A DNA stretch of 64,000 nucleotides from an uncultured Gammaproteobacteria bacterium (GTDB lineage Bacteria; Pseudomonadota; Gammaproteobacteria; Steroidobacterales; Rariloculaceae). The position numbers were made by a program, and so were the translations under genes. Each line of letters starts with the position of its first letter. Position 1 is the first letter of the stretch. A model generated the notes under the pieces. The model searched no databases. It saw only the letters and a program-made list of their open reading frames with translations, and was not told the origin of the DNA. Location: assembly GCA_963786385.1 (NCBI GenBank), contig CAWAYS010000005.1, positions 467,331-531,330 on the forward strand, given 5' to 3'. This document shows positions 63,356 through 64,000 of this stretch, piece by piece.

Positions 63356-63670
63356 TCAGCAGCAGGAGCAGCCGTGCTTGAGACCGTGCCCCTCTGCCAA
63401 GACGCGCCCCAAGTCGTCGGCAAGCGTGAGCCTCAGAGACCGTCCGTCTTCCAGGTGCAGCACGAGAGGCAGCCCGACGAGCTCGGCCGGACGGGGTAGG
63501 GTGCCGAGCTCGATCATGCCCTCGATACGGTGGCGCCCCGGAATGGGCAGGCCCGACGGCAACATCGCTTGGAACCGATTGACGCGGTATGGGATCGAGT
63601 CGAAAGCCAGGTCGTTCACCACGACGCGACCAATGCCCGAGCATTCTTCCACGAGGTTCATGAGCTGCAT
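63356..63670 (-). CDS. Hypothetical protein ending in CSCC
   Basis: A 104-aa ORF with coding-like GC3 content, 30 nt upstream of the GNAT gene. Confidence 0.35.
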   Translation of the reverse strand: MQLMNLVEECSGIGRVVVNDLAFDSIPYRVNRFQAMLPSGLPIPGRHRIEGMIELGTLPRPAELVGLPLVLHLEDGRSLRLTLADDLGRVLAEGHGLKHGCSCC

Positions 63671-63793
63671 GTTAGCTCGATTTCGCGTCCGGCTGAACTC
63701 GTGTCACGCGCGGTGGAATCGTTCACTGTCCTGGGGCGTTGCTATAAGCTGGCGAGCAACGAACGCGAGCCCCAGGGAGGCGGCCCCTTGCGT

Positions 63794-64000
63794 TGGCAAG
63801 ATCTAAGACGCAGCAGTAATGTTCGCGACGCCCGCGGCGCGGGCGGCTATGGATCGCGACGCGGATTGCCCATGCCCGGCGGACGTGCCGGCGGTGGCTT
63901 AGCGGTCGTCGCCGTGCTCGTTCTCGTGTACTTCGTCGGTGGGCCCGATGCGCTCCAATCGCTGTTGGGCGGCAGCGGCGGCGGACCGGCCGGCGGCTCG
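63794..64000 (+). CDS. YpfJ-family putative zinc metalloprotease, N-terminal fragment; continues past the window end
   Basis: A TTG start after a GGGAGG RBS. The sequence (M)RWQDLRRSSNVRDARGAGG…GGGLAVVAVLVLVYFVGG matches the family N-terminus (MRWxGRRxSxNVEDRRG…Gly-rich…TM). Confidence 0.5.

Noticed and set aside
63356-63670. Assigning the CSCC-terminated 104-aa ORF to DUF1289/DUF779 Fe-S families
   Set aside because: Its cysteine spacing and overall sequence do not match either family's signature. It stays hypothetical.

Overview
This is a 64 kb, roughly 68% GC bacterial chromosomal segment, gene-dense on both strands. The DUF1592/DUF1552 (PSD1-type) gene pair, the many twin-arginine (Tat) signal peptides and the TPR/NHL/ankyrin secreted proteins suggest an Acidobacteria-, Planctomycetes- or Gemmatimonadetes-like soil organism; this is an inference from gene content, not a database result. 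The annotation falls into six groups.

1. Small-molecule catabolism and transport. This group includes MBL-fold hydrolases, dienelactone hydrolase, aldehyde dehydrogenase, carboxymuconolactone decarboxylase, an MmgE/PrpD protein, a 2OG oxygenase, a VOC-family protein, an MFS transporter, an SLC13 transporter, an esterase and an amidohydrolase.

2. A minus-strand operon. It carries an MBL hydrolase, the DUF1592-family protein, a DUF1552 protein and an ankyrin-repeat protein, followed by a TonB-dependent receptor. All four show frameshifts and the receptor shows two.

3. metY-metX. Both are frameshifted.

4. A tRNA-like element. It has a 6-nt anticodon loop and sits next to a slipin/SPFH gene, a decayed rtcB remnant and a strong terminator.

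5. A copper/silver-type resistance island. It contains a CopA-like P-type ATPase, a diheme cytochrome c, an OmpR/HK two-component system, a TolC-like channel and adaptor placed divergently from a CusA-like RND pump, and a cupredoxin translationally coupled to the pump. A conserved CTGAAA direct-repeat operator lies upstream of both the regulator and the pump.

6. A second OmpR-type two-component system. A roughly 45 bp promoter block (GGCTAGCAGCTT…GTAAATC-N4-GTAAATC) near it also lies upstream of a PspA/IM30 – membrane protein – vWA operon flanked by an MmyB-like XRE regulator. This looks like a candidate uncharacterised envelope-stress module and is, I think, the most interesting system in the window.

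About 10 of roughly 60 genes carry frameshifts or internal stops. They are concentrated between 5 and 16 kb and at metXY, so this is either real pseudogenisation or indel error in the assembly. No CRISPR array, integrase or transposase was found.
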